A stretch of 58,834 bases of DNA from Nostoc sp. DedSLP01 (GTDB lineage Bacteria > Cyanobacteriota > Cyanobacteriia > Cyanobacteriales > Nostocaceae), in contig JAVRCJ020000040.1 in NCBI GenBank assembly GCA_034530875.2, positions 1-58,834 on the forward strand, read 5' to 3'. The notes under the pieces are model-generated. The model did not search any database and was not told where the DNA came from. It was given only the letters and a program-made list of their open reading frames with translations. The first letter of the stretch is position 1; every line of letters starts with the position of its first letter. Shown here piece after piece: positions 38,401 through 47,493 of the stretch. A program made the position numbers and the translations under genes.

Positions 38401-38519
38401 ACAGAATTTTAGTACTAGATAAAGGCTTGTTAGTTGAAAGTGGCACTCACGATGAATTAATGGCTAAACGCGGTCACTATTTCTACCTAAATCAACAACA
38501 ACTGACTCTAGCAATTTAA
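35490..38519 (+). CDS. Peptidase-containing ABC transporter (cNMP-like N-terminus, C39 peptidase, ABC membrane, NBD)
   Basis: C39 motifs QQSASDCGAACL and HWEGKHYIVV..GDP. Walker A GRSGSGKT, LSGGQRQR, ILDEATSSLD. Confidence 0.97.
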   Translation: MVQNKSEFSLQQLAQTLGQTLTPQEFSDCIKKIEIIQPSAGKLFWQTTDANIGIYLILAGKARLLDRSDNLIASIGIGTSFAQLTLFPEEQFQPYAVRASVNLKVGYIPGECLRSLIRKYPTIGQHLHNQAVLWDLLLLCRQNPALNNVTYEGVTQIQPLLEQHNLQINKLPSSLLKDQQLWILRRGELLHTSGLKLTASNIYTLTQLPKDRGWQVTQSSQLYSLSSLHWQTALQHIPQLAELDANNHPVAVSQPAMLPQLTVEPKNQLKKKISKAYFPSPTVKIGHLWQRITRRYPFFEQQSASDCGAACLVMVGRYWGKHFSINRLRDIANVDRDGSSLRGLAAAAESIGFSTRPVKASLDKLAQQSLPAIVHWEGKHYIVVYEVKGDRIIVGDPGIGQRTLSHSEFQAGWTGYALLLQPTALLREAKEASTPFWQFFELTKPHWLVLLEVLIASILIQIFGLVTPLFTQLLLDRVVVQRSNLTLTAVGIGLIIFSLFRVAITGLRQYLLDHTANRVDLALIVGFITHTFRLPLNYFESRYVGDIISRVQENRKIQRFLTGEALSIFLDLLTVFVYVGLMFWYSWKMALMTLVIVPPFVLLALIATPFLQRVSREIFGAHNEETGYLIQSLTGIRTIKSMAVEQTVRWQWEELFGKSVKKTFSGQVIGNTLQIFSSGIEAVVTAALLWFGAWQVIQNELTIGQLIAFNMLLSNVINPFQRLILLWNELQEVLIAVERINDVIDAEPEEDLQHQHYQSLPAIRGYIRFDKVTFRYHPESEINTLENISFEVQPGQTIALVGRSGSGKTTISKLILGLYLPIEGKILIDSYDVTSLSLRSLRQQIGVVDQDTFLFGSTIRENISLGHPEASLEEVIEAAKQAGAHQFIKELPMGYETLIGEGGGTLSGGQRQRLAIARALVGNPRLLILDEATSSLDAESERIIQTNLNTILQDRTTVVIAHRLSTIRNADRILVLDKGLLVESGTHDELMAKRGHYFYLNQQQLTLAI

Positions 38520-38541
38520 ATTAATAATTAGAGAAATAACC

Positions 38542-39924
38542 ATGACAGACGAATTTATTCCACAAAAGCAATTTAGCCACAATGGTCACTACCATAGTCA
38601 TCAACTAGATTTAAAAACTCAATCAAAATCTTTTACACCTATCAGCGAAGATTGGTCTTCTTTAACTAAAGAGTTAATTGATACATTACCACGAGTGTGG
38701 ACACGCGGATTGCTGTATTGGCTAGTAATATTTGCGGCGATCGTTTTACCTTGGGCGATGCTATCTCAAGTAGACGAAACAGGTACTGCTAGAGGAAGGC
38801 TGGAACCTCAAGGTAAAACTCTGAGATTGGATGCACCTGTTACGGGTAAAGTTATATCTATCAAAGTTAAAGAAGGGCAAACTGTCAAAGCTGGAGAAAC
38901 TTTATTGGAGTTGGAATCAGATTTAACCCGCACTGAACTACAACAAACTCAGGCAAAACTTGAGGGTCAACAAAATCGTATAAATCAACTTCAGTTACTC
39001 AAAAACCAACTAACAATGTCTTTACGCACTCAGCAATTACAAAACCAAGCCCAAGAGACTGAACAACTTGCTCAACTCGCTCAAATTAAACAACGTTTAA
39101 ATTCAAGTAAACAAGTATATACTTTGGAAAAAGGCCGCTTGAACTTAGCTAATAACGAAATCCAACGTTATCGATATCTTTCGCAAAAAGGCGCTATTTC
39201 TAAAAGTAAATTAGAAGAAGTAGAAGGCGCTATGTTTGAACGCCAGAGACTTTTAGAACAAGCACAATCAGAGATTCAACAAGCCACAACCGAAATTACT
39301 AAACAACAAAGCACAAATCAACGTCTTAGTCGTGCAGGTGAACTAGCACTTTTAGAAGGTCAAAAACAAATAAAAGAACTCCAGTCTCAAGTTATAGATG
39401 TGCTATCAGAAATTGGCCAAACTCAAAAGCAAATTCAGGCTTTGCAATTTCAACTACAACAGCAAACTCTTCGTACTCCTATTGATGGCACAATTTTTCA
39501 GTTATCTATAAATAATGCCGGAACTGTTTTGCAACCAGGACAAATGATTACTCAAATTGCGCCTAAAGATGTACCTTTGATATTTAGAGCCGAGATGCCT
39601 AGTCAAGAAAGTGGTTTTTTACTTGTAGGAATGCCAGTAAAACTGAAATTTGATGCTTATCCTTTTCAGGATTATGGAGTGGTAGAAGGCAAACTTCGCT
39701 GGATTTCACCAGATTCTAAAGTTGTCGAAACACCTCAAGGCAAGTTAGAAAATTTTGAACTAGAAATTGAAATATCAAAAGCCGCTATTCAAACTAAAGA
39801 AAAAAGGATAGCTTTAACGCCAGGTCAAACAGCAACTGCTGAAGTAATTGTACGGAAGCGCCGTTTGATTGACTTTGTACTAGATCCATTTAAGAAGTTA
39901 CAAAAAAGCGGTTTAGAACTTTAG
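38542..39924 (+). CDS. HlyD-family membrane fusion protein
   Basis: Single TM; GRLEP, VKEGQTVKAGE, coiled coil, TPIDG, KFDAYPFQDYG, LTPGQTATAEV. Confidence 0.95.
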   Translation: MTDEFIPQKQFSHNGHYHSHQLDLKTQSKSFTPISEDWSSLTKELIDTLPRVWTRGLLYWLVIFAAIVLPWAMLSQVDETGTARGRLEPQGKTLRLDAPVTGKVISIKVKEGQTVKAGETLLELESDLTRTELQQTQAKLEGQQNRINQLQLLKNQLTMSLRTQQLQNQAQETEQLAQLAQIKQRLNSSKQVYTLEKGRLNLANNEIQRYRYLSQKGAISKSKLEEVEGAMFERQRLLEQAQSEIQQATTEITKQQSTNQRLSRAGELALLEGQKQIKELQSQVIDVLSEIGQTQKQIQALQFQLQQQTLRTPIDGTIFQLSINNAGTVLQPGQMITQIAPKDVPLIFRAEMPSQESGFLLVGMPVKLKFDAYPFQDYGVVEGKLRWISPDSKVVETPQGKLENFELEIEISKAAIQTKEKRIALTPGQTATAEVIVRKRRLIDFVLDPFKKLQKSGLEL

Positions 39925-39948
39925 AAATTATTCATAAGGAGTTTAACT

Positions 39949-40704
39949 ATGTTAGATTTACTTGTTGTCTACAAAGATGAAATTATTCACCAAATCAAAC
40001 TTTCTTGCCAACTTCCAAATATTGCTGAGAGTATCATTACTCGCAAAATTATAATAAATACAGCACAAGAACTAGGCATAAAAGTTGAAACAAAAGAACT
40101 TCAAGAAGCCGCAGATAGCTTGCGGGTTTTCAACAGGCTTGAGAGCGCTGAAACAACTTGGTCTTGGTTACAAAAACAAAGTCTTTCTTTAGATAATTTT
40201 GAAGAGTTAGTTTATTATAACGTCATCTCTTCAAAGTTAGCCGAGTATTTATTTGCTGACAAAGTTGAACAGCACTTTGTTGAAAATCAATTAGATTATA
40301 CTCAAGTCATCATGTATGAAGTTGTCTTTGATGATTTAGACTTGGCAATGGAACTTTTTTATGCGATTCAAGAAGATGAGATTAGTTTTTCTGAAGTTGC
40401 CCATCAATATATTCAAGATGATGAGTTACGCCGTAGTGGAGGATATAAGGGAATACTAAACCGTACAGATTTAAAATCAGAAATATCAGCAAAGGTATTT
40501 GCAGCAACTCCACCCCAGCTTCTTATACCAATTGTCACTTATAAAGGAGCGCATTTGATTAATGTTGAAGAAATAATCAAACCCGAATTGAATCAAACTT
40601 TACATTTAACAATTATTTCGCAGCTATTTTCAGAATGGCTGAAGCAGCAATTAGAGCAAGTTCAAGTCGAATACTCAGATATTGGGTTTAACCTTGGCGA
40701 TTAG
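39949..40704 (+). CDS. PpiC/SurA-type peptidyl-prolyl isomerase-like protein
   Basis: ELQEAAD, SFSEVAHQY, GGYKG, PI.T.KG.HLI.V motifs. Last gene of the transporter operon. Confidence 0.85.
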   Translation: MLDLLVVYKDEIIHQIKLSCQLPNIAESIITRKIIINTAQELGIKVETKELQEAADSLRVFNRLESAETTWSWLQKQSLSLDNFEELVYYNVISSKLAEYLFADKVEQHFVENQLDYTQVIMYEVVFDDLDLAMELFYAIQEDEISFSEVAHQYIQDDELRRSGGYKGILNRTDLKSEISAKVFAATPPQLLIPIVTYKGAHLINVEEIIKPELNQTLHLTIISQLFSEWLKQQLEQVQVEYSDIGFNLGD

Positions 40705-40719
40705 ATATTCCACTTATCA

Positions 40720-40931
40720 ATTATTCGTAATCGAATTAACCAAGCACAAGCTTTACAAGCTTTGGGATTTTATCGTCAAGCTGAAAAAACCTTAAGGGAA
40801 ACTAATACAATACTGCAAAGCGAACCTAACTCGCTTTTGAAAGTCGTAGAGTTGCGTAGTCTCGGCAATGTCGTGCAAGTCACGGGTGATTTAGAAACAT
40901 CTCAGCAGATATTGCAGCAAAGTTTAAAAGT
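40720..40931 (+). pseudogene. Fragment of a TPR-CHAT gene paralogous to 16946..19516
   Basis: IRNRINQAQALQALGFYRQAEKTL...LRSLGNVVQVTGDLETSQQILQQSL aligns by eye to IRNQINQAQALQTLGYYRQAQKTL...LRSLGNVVQVTGDLATSRKILQHSL (about 18801-19009). Confidence 0.85.
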
Positions 40932-41142
40932 CAGTAGACCGAAAAGTTTTTCACAAGGCTTATCAGTCCTTAATTTAAGGTTGCGATCGCCATCTGCCAA
41001 AATCAGCTTCCAATCAACCTTTCAAGCATCTCTGTTCCAGATGGATAAATAGAGCGCGAGCCTGTGGTCGTGAAGTAGCAGGGAAAAGCATCGCTTTAAA
41101 CCCTGATTCTTTCGTCAACTTTCAAAAGTTTTCGGTCTACTG
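40932..41142. mobile_element. 211-bp MITE / internally deleted IS
   Basis: Terminal inverted repeats: CAGTAGACCGAAAAGTTTT on the left and CAGTAGACCGAAAACTTTT (reverse complement) on the right. No target duplication visible. Confidence 0.8.
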
Positions 41143-41426
41143 TCCTTGCGTTGGCGTAAAATATCTTTTAGCCGACTGGGAACTGCGATAAGAGCATAGG
41201 CTTTTAAGCTAGAGCATTTTTCTAGATTAAAATTTTTGAGAATTGTTTCAATTTCAGCATTCGCCATTTGAAAATAATCTGCTAGGCTATGTTGACTATT
41301 TGTAAATTTGGCAATTGTTTTTTTAGCAGCCCAATAATTTGGTTCCTGTAAATAAGCAGATAAATGCATTCTAGCAAGGCTATTAGATTCCTCTCGCCAG
41401 CACTTATGCCAATGTAACGCCCAAAA
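41143..41426 (-). pseudogene. Fragment of a cyanobacterial sigma-70-like factor
   Basis: FWALHWHKCW...ARMHLSAYLQEP.YWAA...LADYFQMA...ILKNFN..K.SSLKAYA...RLKDILRQ. Cut by the MITE at 41142. Confidence 0.7.
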
Positions 41427-41481
41427 GCCTTATAGATAATCGATTTGCCGTTAACAAGCGTGCCATTCGGCTAGGAATGAA

Positions 41482-43431
41482 TCAATACACTGGAGTTTGA
41501 TTAATCGCACTCACATTCGGATCGAGATTGTCACCAGTGCCGTAGACATAATTAAATGCGCCTCGATCGTGGAGAAGATGCGATCGCAAAAATAATCCAC
41601 TCCAGCGTCCGATGGTCTCAGTTGCTGTGGTCTGGCCTAAGGTGGGTCTGTTTGGCTCTCGCTCGGGGTTGTCAACGTTTGTGATGCTATAGTGGTTAGC
41701 ACCTTCTACGGTAACTAATACTTTGGGCGGATTGAGAATGCGATCGTAAGTTGTTTGAGTATTGAGCGGTGGAATCACACCATCCAAACTTCCCCGAATC
41801 AGCCCGACTGCGATTCCTTTGTTATTGACTGGGAAAAATTCTCCAGTTTGCGGATCGCGAAAGCTAGTGCCGTAGAAAATACCTGCCTGCAACTCCGGCG
41901 GTGGCGTGTAGTTTGGCGAGCAAATTCCAGGTATGCAAATCTCGTCCTGTGTTGCGCCTAATCCGGCGCCTCCGCCAAACGAGTGCCCCAGGAGTCCTAG
42001 CGTTTCGGTCTCGGCAATTTTAAAAATCGGTGAAGTCGGATCGGCATCTTCCACTTTCATCCAATCCAGCACCTCATTCACTTGTCCTTGTTCAGAAAGT
42101 AGACCCGTCACCGTTTGACCATCGGGTGCGGTTACCGTCCGCTCATTGTTGGGAACTACGACCACAAATCCATAGCTGGCAACTATTTCGGCATAGTTAG
42201 AATAGTCTGCTTTATCGACCAGACCACCTTGCAGCATCAGCGCGATCGGCAGTCGATCCGGCGTTGAATTGGGCAGCACTGGATAATACACATCGGCTGG
42301 ATCGCCATCTGCGGCAATTGTGGTTGTGTAGTGCTTCACTTGGTCATAAATCGGGTCGGGATTGAAACTTGTCTGTTGTTCTATACTCAACCGCAGTACC
42401 TCCCCCTGTCCTGCAACAAAGCCTTTATTAGAGATGTAAATGTCACCGTCAGCACCGATTTCTAAACCCGTCGGATTCGTTAGTTCATCGTCTGCGATCG
42501 TCGTGCGAGTTTTACCATCAGGAGACACATAGATCAGCGCACCTGCGTCACCTTCATTCAAAAGCCCGTTCGCATCGTATTCCAGGACATACAAACCGCC
42601 GGATTTGTCAAAAGCTAAATCGACGATATGCGTAAACCCGCCTGCATAGATTTCCGGTTGACCTTCAGCATTGATGCGATAAACTTTTGCTGTTTCTGCT
42701 TGAAAAGGAAACCCAGTCAATTCGCCGACATAGAAAGCACCATCTGGGCCAACGGCGACTGAGGTGGGGACAGGCTGTCGCACCACTGATTCACCCGTGA
42801 GCGGATCGGTCGTGGTATAAATTGGAAGGACTGTTTCTAGAGACACTTCGCCACCAAAGGCTCGCTGACTAAGCAAATCATTGCCACCTGCATCCACCAC
42901 ATAGGCTGTATTGTCCTCAATGAGCAAGTCATAGAGATTGGTAACGACATCTTGCCCATCAGGGTTGTTATTTTGCTCATACGCTCCAAAATCCCTGAGT
43001 CTTGTCCAGTCAGCACCACCGTCAAAGTTATCGATCGCAATCAACTGGCTAAAATCAGGAACTTGCAATAGATTATCTCGATTGGCAGGATTGCTGGCAA
43101 GACCAACGATCGCATAGGCGTTGCCATAAGCATCAAACTCAATGTCACTAACACCTGATGCATCCGATCCATCGGGTAATGCTAGCGAGGGGAGTCCGGT
43201 GACAACTCGTTTCACATTCCCGTTTTGAATGCGGGCGATCGCACCCGTTGCGCCATAGAACAAAGACGCGCCCGGTATACTTGGAGATGGAACACTGGCT
43301 CCTGTTCCCCCTCGTCCTGCTTCGGCGACATAAAGTGCGCCATCCCGGCCAAAAGTCAGCTTCCGAGGACTATCCAGACCCGATCCTAGCACTTCAATTT
43401 CTGATATGTGTGGCGTTTCTACTTCAGTCAT
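41482..43431 (-). CDS. ScyD/ScyE-family beta-propeller fused to a chlorophyllase-like alpha/beta hydrolase
   Basis: N-half: GLDSPR.L.FG.DGALYVAEAG.GG, VVDAGGNDL, VPTSVAVGPDGAFYVGELTGFPF. C-half: DPADVYYP, ASYGFVVVVP, GHSFGG, DGVI, GANHYSIT. Confidence 0.8.
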   Translation of the reverse strand: MTEVETPHISEIEVLGSGLDSPRKLTFGRDGALYVAEAGRGGTGASVPSPSIPGASLFYGATGAIARIQNGNVKRVVTGLPSLALPDGSDASGVSDIEFDAYGNAYAIVGLASNPANRDNLLQVPDFSQLIAIDNFDGGADWTRLRDFGAYEQNNNPDGQDVVTNLYDLLIEDNTAYVVDAGGNDLLSQRAFGGEVSLETVLPIYTTTDPLTGESVVRQPVPTSVAVGPDGAFYVGELTGFPFQAETAKVYRINAEGQPEIYAGGFTHIVDLAFDKSGGLYVLEYDANGLLNEGDAGALIYVSPDGKTRTTIADDELTNPTGLEIGADGDIYISNKGFVAGQGEVLRLSIEQQTSFNPDPIYDQVKHYTTTIAADGDPADVYYPVLPNSTPDRLPIALMLQGGLVDKADYSNYAEIVASYGFVVVVPNNERTVTAPDGQTVTGLLSEQGQVNEVLDWMKVEDADPTSPIFKIAETETLGLLGHSFGGGAGLGATQDEICIPGICSPNYTPPPELQAGIFYGTSFRDPQTGEFFPVNNKGIAVGLIRGSLDGVIPPLNTQTTYDRILNPPKVLVTVEGANHYSITNVDNPEREPNRPTLGQTTATETIGRWSGLFLRSHLLHDRGAFNYVYGTGDNLDPNVSAINQTPVY

Positions 43432-43566
43432 GATTTACTTGCTTTGAATTTTTGAGGCTCTATTCTCTGTAGCGGACAAAAACTTACAAAATTATAGATA
43501 GGATTTCATGAAAATCACCGAGGCAATTTATGGCGATGCTCTCTTCAGCAGTGTGGGTAGTTAATC

Positions 43567-44037
43567 TTACACGAGCAGGGCGTCCGATCGCTGCAACACT
43601 GCCATATCCTCTTCATCCAGTTTAACAGGGATGCCGCTGCGGATCAGTTCAGCAAAATCCTCGTTGGGAACCATAATCGTTAGCGTATAGAGGCGACCCA
43701 TCCCCGTATTTTCAATGGCATGAATTCCGGTTGGCGGCACCATAACGCTGTCTCCGGGGCGAATATCGACGGCTTTGCCATCACACATAGCTACGCCCTC
43801 TCCCTTGAGGACAAAAAACATTTCCACCGCCATTTGATGTCGGTTGGGCGGCGTTTTCCCACCGACATCAAAAATTTCCACACAATACGTCAAAGGCATC
43901 CGAGTACTCATCGGATCGAACACGATCGCCAGCCGATTTGTAGAATCCGGACTAATCCGATAAGCCTGATAATCGCTTGGCGATTTGAACATCGGAATCA
44001 CACACTTTTTTGTACTTGTAGCATCATTCATTTGCAT
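43567..44037 (-). CDS. Cupin domain protein
   Basis: TPPNRH..AVEMFFVLKGEG and PGD...VPP...H.IEN.G cupin motifs. Confidence 0.9.
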   Translation of the reverse strand: MQMNDATSTKKCVIPMFKSPSDYQAYRISPDSTNRLAIVFDPMSTRMPLTYCVEIFDVGGKTPPNRHQMAVEMFFVLKGEGVAMCDGKAVDIRPGDSVMVPPTGIHAIENTGMGRLYTLTIMVPNEDFAELIRSGIPVKLDEEDMAVLQRSDALLV

Positions 44038-44104
44038 TCCTCCATTTGAGAGTGACTAACAGTCTGTCCAACCACTTTAAGAACGTGTTTTAAAAGTAGT
44101 GATG

Positions 44105-44152
44105 ACTGAGTACCGAGAAAGAGTTAATACTCAGTCCTCAGCACTCAGTACT
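44105..44152. repeat. Short heptamer (STRR-like) repeats in inverted arrangement
   Basis: ACTGAGTACCGAG ... TACTCAGTCCTCAGCACTCAGTACT. Confidence 0.45.
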
Positions 44153-44185
44153 GTCTAAACCCAGATTTGGCTTTTCAAACAGATC

Positions 44186-45853
44186 CTAAGGAGTAAACGA
44201 CTCCTCCTCAATTGCCTTACAGGAAGCGGCTTTACAAGTACGCAGTTTACTTAGTCGGTTAGCAAGCTGTTGGAGTAGAGCTGAATCGGCTGTAGCAGCC
44301 TTGTTGTTCAACTGATAGGGGTCTTTTTTGATGTCGTACAGTTCCTTGGCCCCAGTTTCATATTCAACATAGGTGTAATCTCGTGTCCGGATCGCCTGGT
44401 AAGTAGGGATATACAGTTTATTCTTCTTCAGTTTATCGGGGCACTCTGAGCGATCTTCATCTGCAAGCTGTGACTGCTCCTCCTGTGCAAGCTGTAACAG
44501 ATCGTTGTCTAGATCGTCTAGATCCTCCTCTTCAAGTACATTTGGATTCTTCTGATCTGGTGTGTGTTCTATCAAAAATGCAGAGCGCCACTTGCGGGGT
44601 TCTGGTGTCGTACCCTTTAACAAGGGTAAGAACGAGCGTCCATCAACAAAACGGGGTGGTTGAACTCCAGCTATATCGGCAAAGGTGGGGAAAAAGTCGA
44701 TATTACCCACTATCTCTTGCAGTTTCTTGCCGGCGGGAATTCCCGGTCCACGCACTACCAGATTCAAGCGAATATCTTCTTCGTAGGCACTTTGTTTGCC
44801 TAAGCTTACCCGGTGAATACCCTGTTTGTAACCGTTATCGGAGGTGAGAATGATGTAAGTATTGTCAAGTTGCCCTGACGCCTTGAGCGTATCGACTAAC
44901 TTGTTAACTGTATCGTCAACCGACTGTAGCGATCGCAAGCGCTTTCGATAACTTTTATTAACACATTCAATTTGTTCGCGATCGAGTCGATTCTTCAACT
45001 GATTCTGCATGAATTTAGGCTTAGTACTAAAGCCGCCCTCACCGTCGGTTTCGTTAAAATTGGGTGGGGTGGGCGCTTCAACACCTTGGAAGAGGGGCTT
45101 ATAGCGATCTGCTGGCGTATATGGCGAATGAATGTTGTAGGGAGCCAGATAAAGGAAAAACGGTTTGTTGTCTCTGGCAGAACGTTTGATGAAATCAGTG
45201 GCGAAGGCAGTATAAACGTCTGTACCGTAGTCTTCGGGATTGTTACCGTACTTGACCAGCTTGCCATTCTGGTTCAGTGTATAGCCGTACTGTGTGTATG
45301 GATTGCCATAACCCTGTTGTTTGTTTTTCTCGCCTTTTTCCATTGCGCTATACCACTCTGTCCAACCAGGCGGGACGTAGGTATCATTGGGGGCTGTGTT
45401 GGGGTAGCCGTTGAGGTACTTGCCAATCAAAGCTGTCCGGTAGTCATTTGCCTTTAATAAGCTGGCTATCGTCTGTTTTTCTGGACCATTGCCTTTGTCA
45501 TAGAATTTCTGGAAACCTCCATCAGGTTTTTTGTTGTTCAAAACCCCCGTATTGTGGGGATACTGACCGCGCAAAATGCTTGAGCGCGATGGGCAGCATA
45601 GAGATACATCGACAAAAAAGTTGGGAAATGTTACGCCCTTGTCGATCAAAAGCGACTTGATGTGTGGTGCATATTTCTCCGGATCTCTGTTAATTGTGTC
45701 AGCGTCCATGTCATCTACTAGGACGAAAACGATATTAGGTTTACTTGTTTGGGTAAAAGCTTTTTGTGGTGCTGATAGTAGCACATTGACTACCAAAACA
45801 CCGACCATCATTAGAACAAAGAACTTTGTTCTCAAACTGGATGTTTTCATCAA
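44186..45853 (-). CDS. Secreted sulfatase (formylglycine-dependent, N-acetylglucosamine-6-sulfatase-like)
   Basis: Signal peptide, PNIVFVLVDD, CCPSRSSILRGQYPHN, GKYLN, TSDNG, DPYQLNN. Confidence 0.93.
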   Translation of the reverse strand: MMKTSSLRTKFFVLMMVGVLVVNVLLSAPQKAFTQTSKPNIVFVLVDDMDADTINRDPEKYAPHIKSLLIDKGVTFPNFFVDVSLCCPSRSSILRGQYPHNTGVLNNKKPDGGFQKFYDKGNGPEKQTIASLLKANDYRTALIGKYLNGYPNTAPNDTYVPPGWTEWYSAMEKGEKNKQQGYGNPYTQYGYTLNQNGKLVKYGNNPEDYGTDVYTAFATDFIKRSARDNKPFFLYLAPYNIHSPYTPADRYKPLFQGVEAPTPPNFNETDGEGGFSTKPKFMQNQLKNRLDREQIECVNKSYRKRLRSLQSVDDTVNKLVDTLKASGQLDNTYIILTSDNGYKQGIHRVSLGKQSAYEEDIRLNLVVRGPGIPAGKKLQEIVGNIDFFPTFADIAGVQPPRFVDGRSFLPLLKGTTPEPRKWRSAFLIEHTPDQKNPNVLEEEDLDDLDNDLLQLAQEEQSQLADEDRSECPDKLKKNKLYIPTYQAIRTRDYTYVEYETGAKELYDIKKDPYQLNNKAATADSALLQQLANRLSKLRTCKAASCKAIEEESFTP

Positions 45854-46000
45854 ATGACCTCTTGATTTACAATGTCAGAGTTTCATTTTTTGGCTTGGGG
45901 TATGGTTAGTAAAAACCAAACTTTTATTTCAAGCTTGTACGCGCAAAGATGATTGAGGTGAAAGTGATTTGCAACTTCTACAGTGACCGAGACAATGCAA

Positions 46001-46027
46001 GGATTTTAGATTTTGGATTTTGGATTA
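46001..46027. repeat. STRR-like heptamer tandem repeat (GATTTTG)n
   Basis: GGATTTTAGATTTTGGATTTTGGATT. Confidence 0.55.
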
Positions 46028-46355
46028 AATCTAAATTTACGGAGAAAAAAACAAGAACATTCAATATTTAAGCCTCTTCTTTACTTGGTACGGGTAGTGT
46101 GAAGGTGCGATCGCCCTCAAAAAATCCACCTGACTGACAATTTTGAAAAAATGTTCAGTTTTTCAAGTAATTTAGATTGTAAGTTGACATTCTGGTTTGC
46201 CATGAGTCCTTTATCTTTAGTAAAGAGTAATTTTGCACCCAAAAGGGACTTACAGATTGACAAAAATCTAATTATGTAAGTTGAGCCTTCTGATTCTTAA
46301 TTGGTAGCAATATTTTCGTTTATTCACTGTGGAAAATCAAAGGTTTTTAGTTTTT

Positions 46356-47363
46356 TCATAACAGTTTTACCGCTTCAATAATGTTGACCATTGAAGGAGT
46401 CGGAATTATTCGCGTCAGTTCAAAGCCATTCGATCGCAAAAACGCTCGATATTCTGCCTCAGTTCGTTCCCGTCCACCCACCATCACCAGCATCAGCAAG
46501 TCAATAAACTTTGCTGGAGCGGGTTCGTTTCCTGGTGGAATAATGTTTTCGACAAGGAGTAATTTGCCACGATCCGGCATCGCCTGATGACAGTTTTTGA
46601 GAATGAGTGAGGACTTTTCATCATTCCAATCGTGGATTATCCAGCGCATCAGGTAAACATCACCACCTGATGGCACAGACTCAAAGAAATTCCCAGCAAC
46701 GGGTTGAATTTTGTCGTCTACACTGACATTGGCAATGACTCCGGGCAGATCGAACAGAATCCCTTTTAGATGGGGATATGACTGGATAATTGCAGAAATT
46801 AAGCTGCCTTGCGCTCCACCAACATCAACAATCGTACTGAATTGGGAAAAGTCATAGCTGGCAGCAACCGCTTGTGCGCTCTCACTTCCTACATTAGTCA
46901 TCGACTGCGACTGTATTTGACCCTCTTGGGGATGTCGAGCATAGTAATCCCAAAGCGACATACCTGCGGCAGCATCGAACGCAATCTCTCCGGTTTTCAA
47001 ACTGTGCAAGCCATGACTCCAGCCCAAAGAACACTCGTATCCCATCTGCGACAGGGCAAAATATCGCATTGAGCTAGGACTATTGCTTTGTAGCGTTGCT
47101 CCTAATGAGGTCAGTGCAAAACATCGATCGGACACTTCAGTAAAGATGCCAACACTCGTTAAGGCACGCATGAGTCGATAGAGCGATCGCGGTTCGGTGT
47201 TCGTTGCGGCTGCGAGTTGAGCGATGGTCTGTGGCCGCTCGTCAAACACATCAGCAATCCCTAACTGTGCAGCAAGATAGATCGATCGAGCAATCCAAAA
47301 GCCACTGATTAGATCGAACATCTTTGCTTGAGCGGTAGTTTCTGATGTTTTCATCTCGTTCAC
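46356..47363 (-). CDS. SAM-dependent O-methyltransferase (dimerisation plus Methyltransf_2)
   Basis: VDVGGAQG, LFDLP, GNFFESVP, IIHDW, GGRERT. Confidence 0.93.
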   Translation of the reverse strand: MNEMKTSETTAQAKMFDLISGFWIARSIYLAAQLGIADVFDERPQTIAQLAAATNTEPRSLYRLMRALTSVGIFTEVSDRCFALTSLGATLQSNSPSSMRYFALSQMGYECSLGWSHGLHSLKTGEIAFDAAAGMSLWDYYARHPQEGQIQSQSMTNVGSESAQAVAASYDFSQFSTIVDVGGAQGSLISAIIQSYPHLKGILFDLPGVIANVSVDDKIQPVAGNFFESVPSGGDVYLMRWIIHDWNDEKSSLILKNCHQAMPDRGKLLLVENIIPPGNEPAPAKFIDLLMLVMVGGRERTEAEYRAFLRSNGFELTRIIPTPSMVNIIEAVKLL

Positions 47364-47493
47364 TCCTGAATACTAAATTGTTAATCACATCTTGGATACT
47401 CAAACAACGAGCGATCGCAAACATGAAACGCCGATAACATCAGATTTAAAACTGGACTGGCTAAAACTATTATTTTGACGATCCGTATTAATC

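Noticed and set aside
35490..38519. Calling the transporter hetC
   Set aside because: The architecture is shared by many paralogues, there is no hetP neighbour, and orthology cannot be shown by eye.
40762..41052. 96-aa ORF as a real gene
   Set aside because: It is a TPR-CHAT fragment reading through into MITE sequence.
41482..43431. Scytonemin biosynthesis cluster
   Set aside because: No scyA/B/C or linked trp genes in the window.
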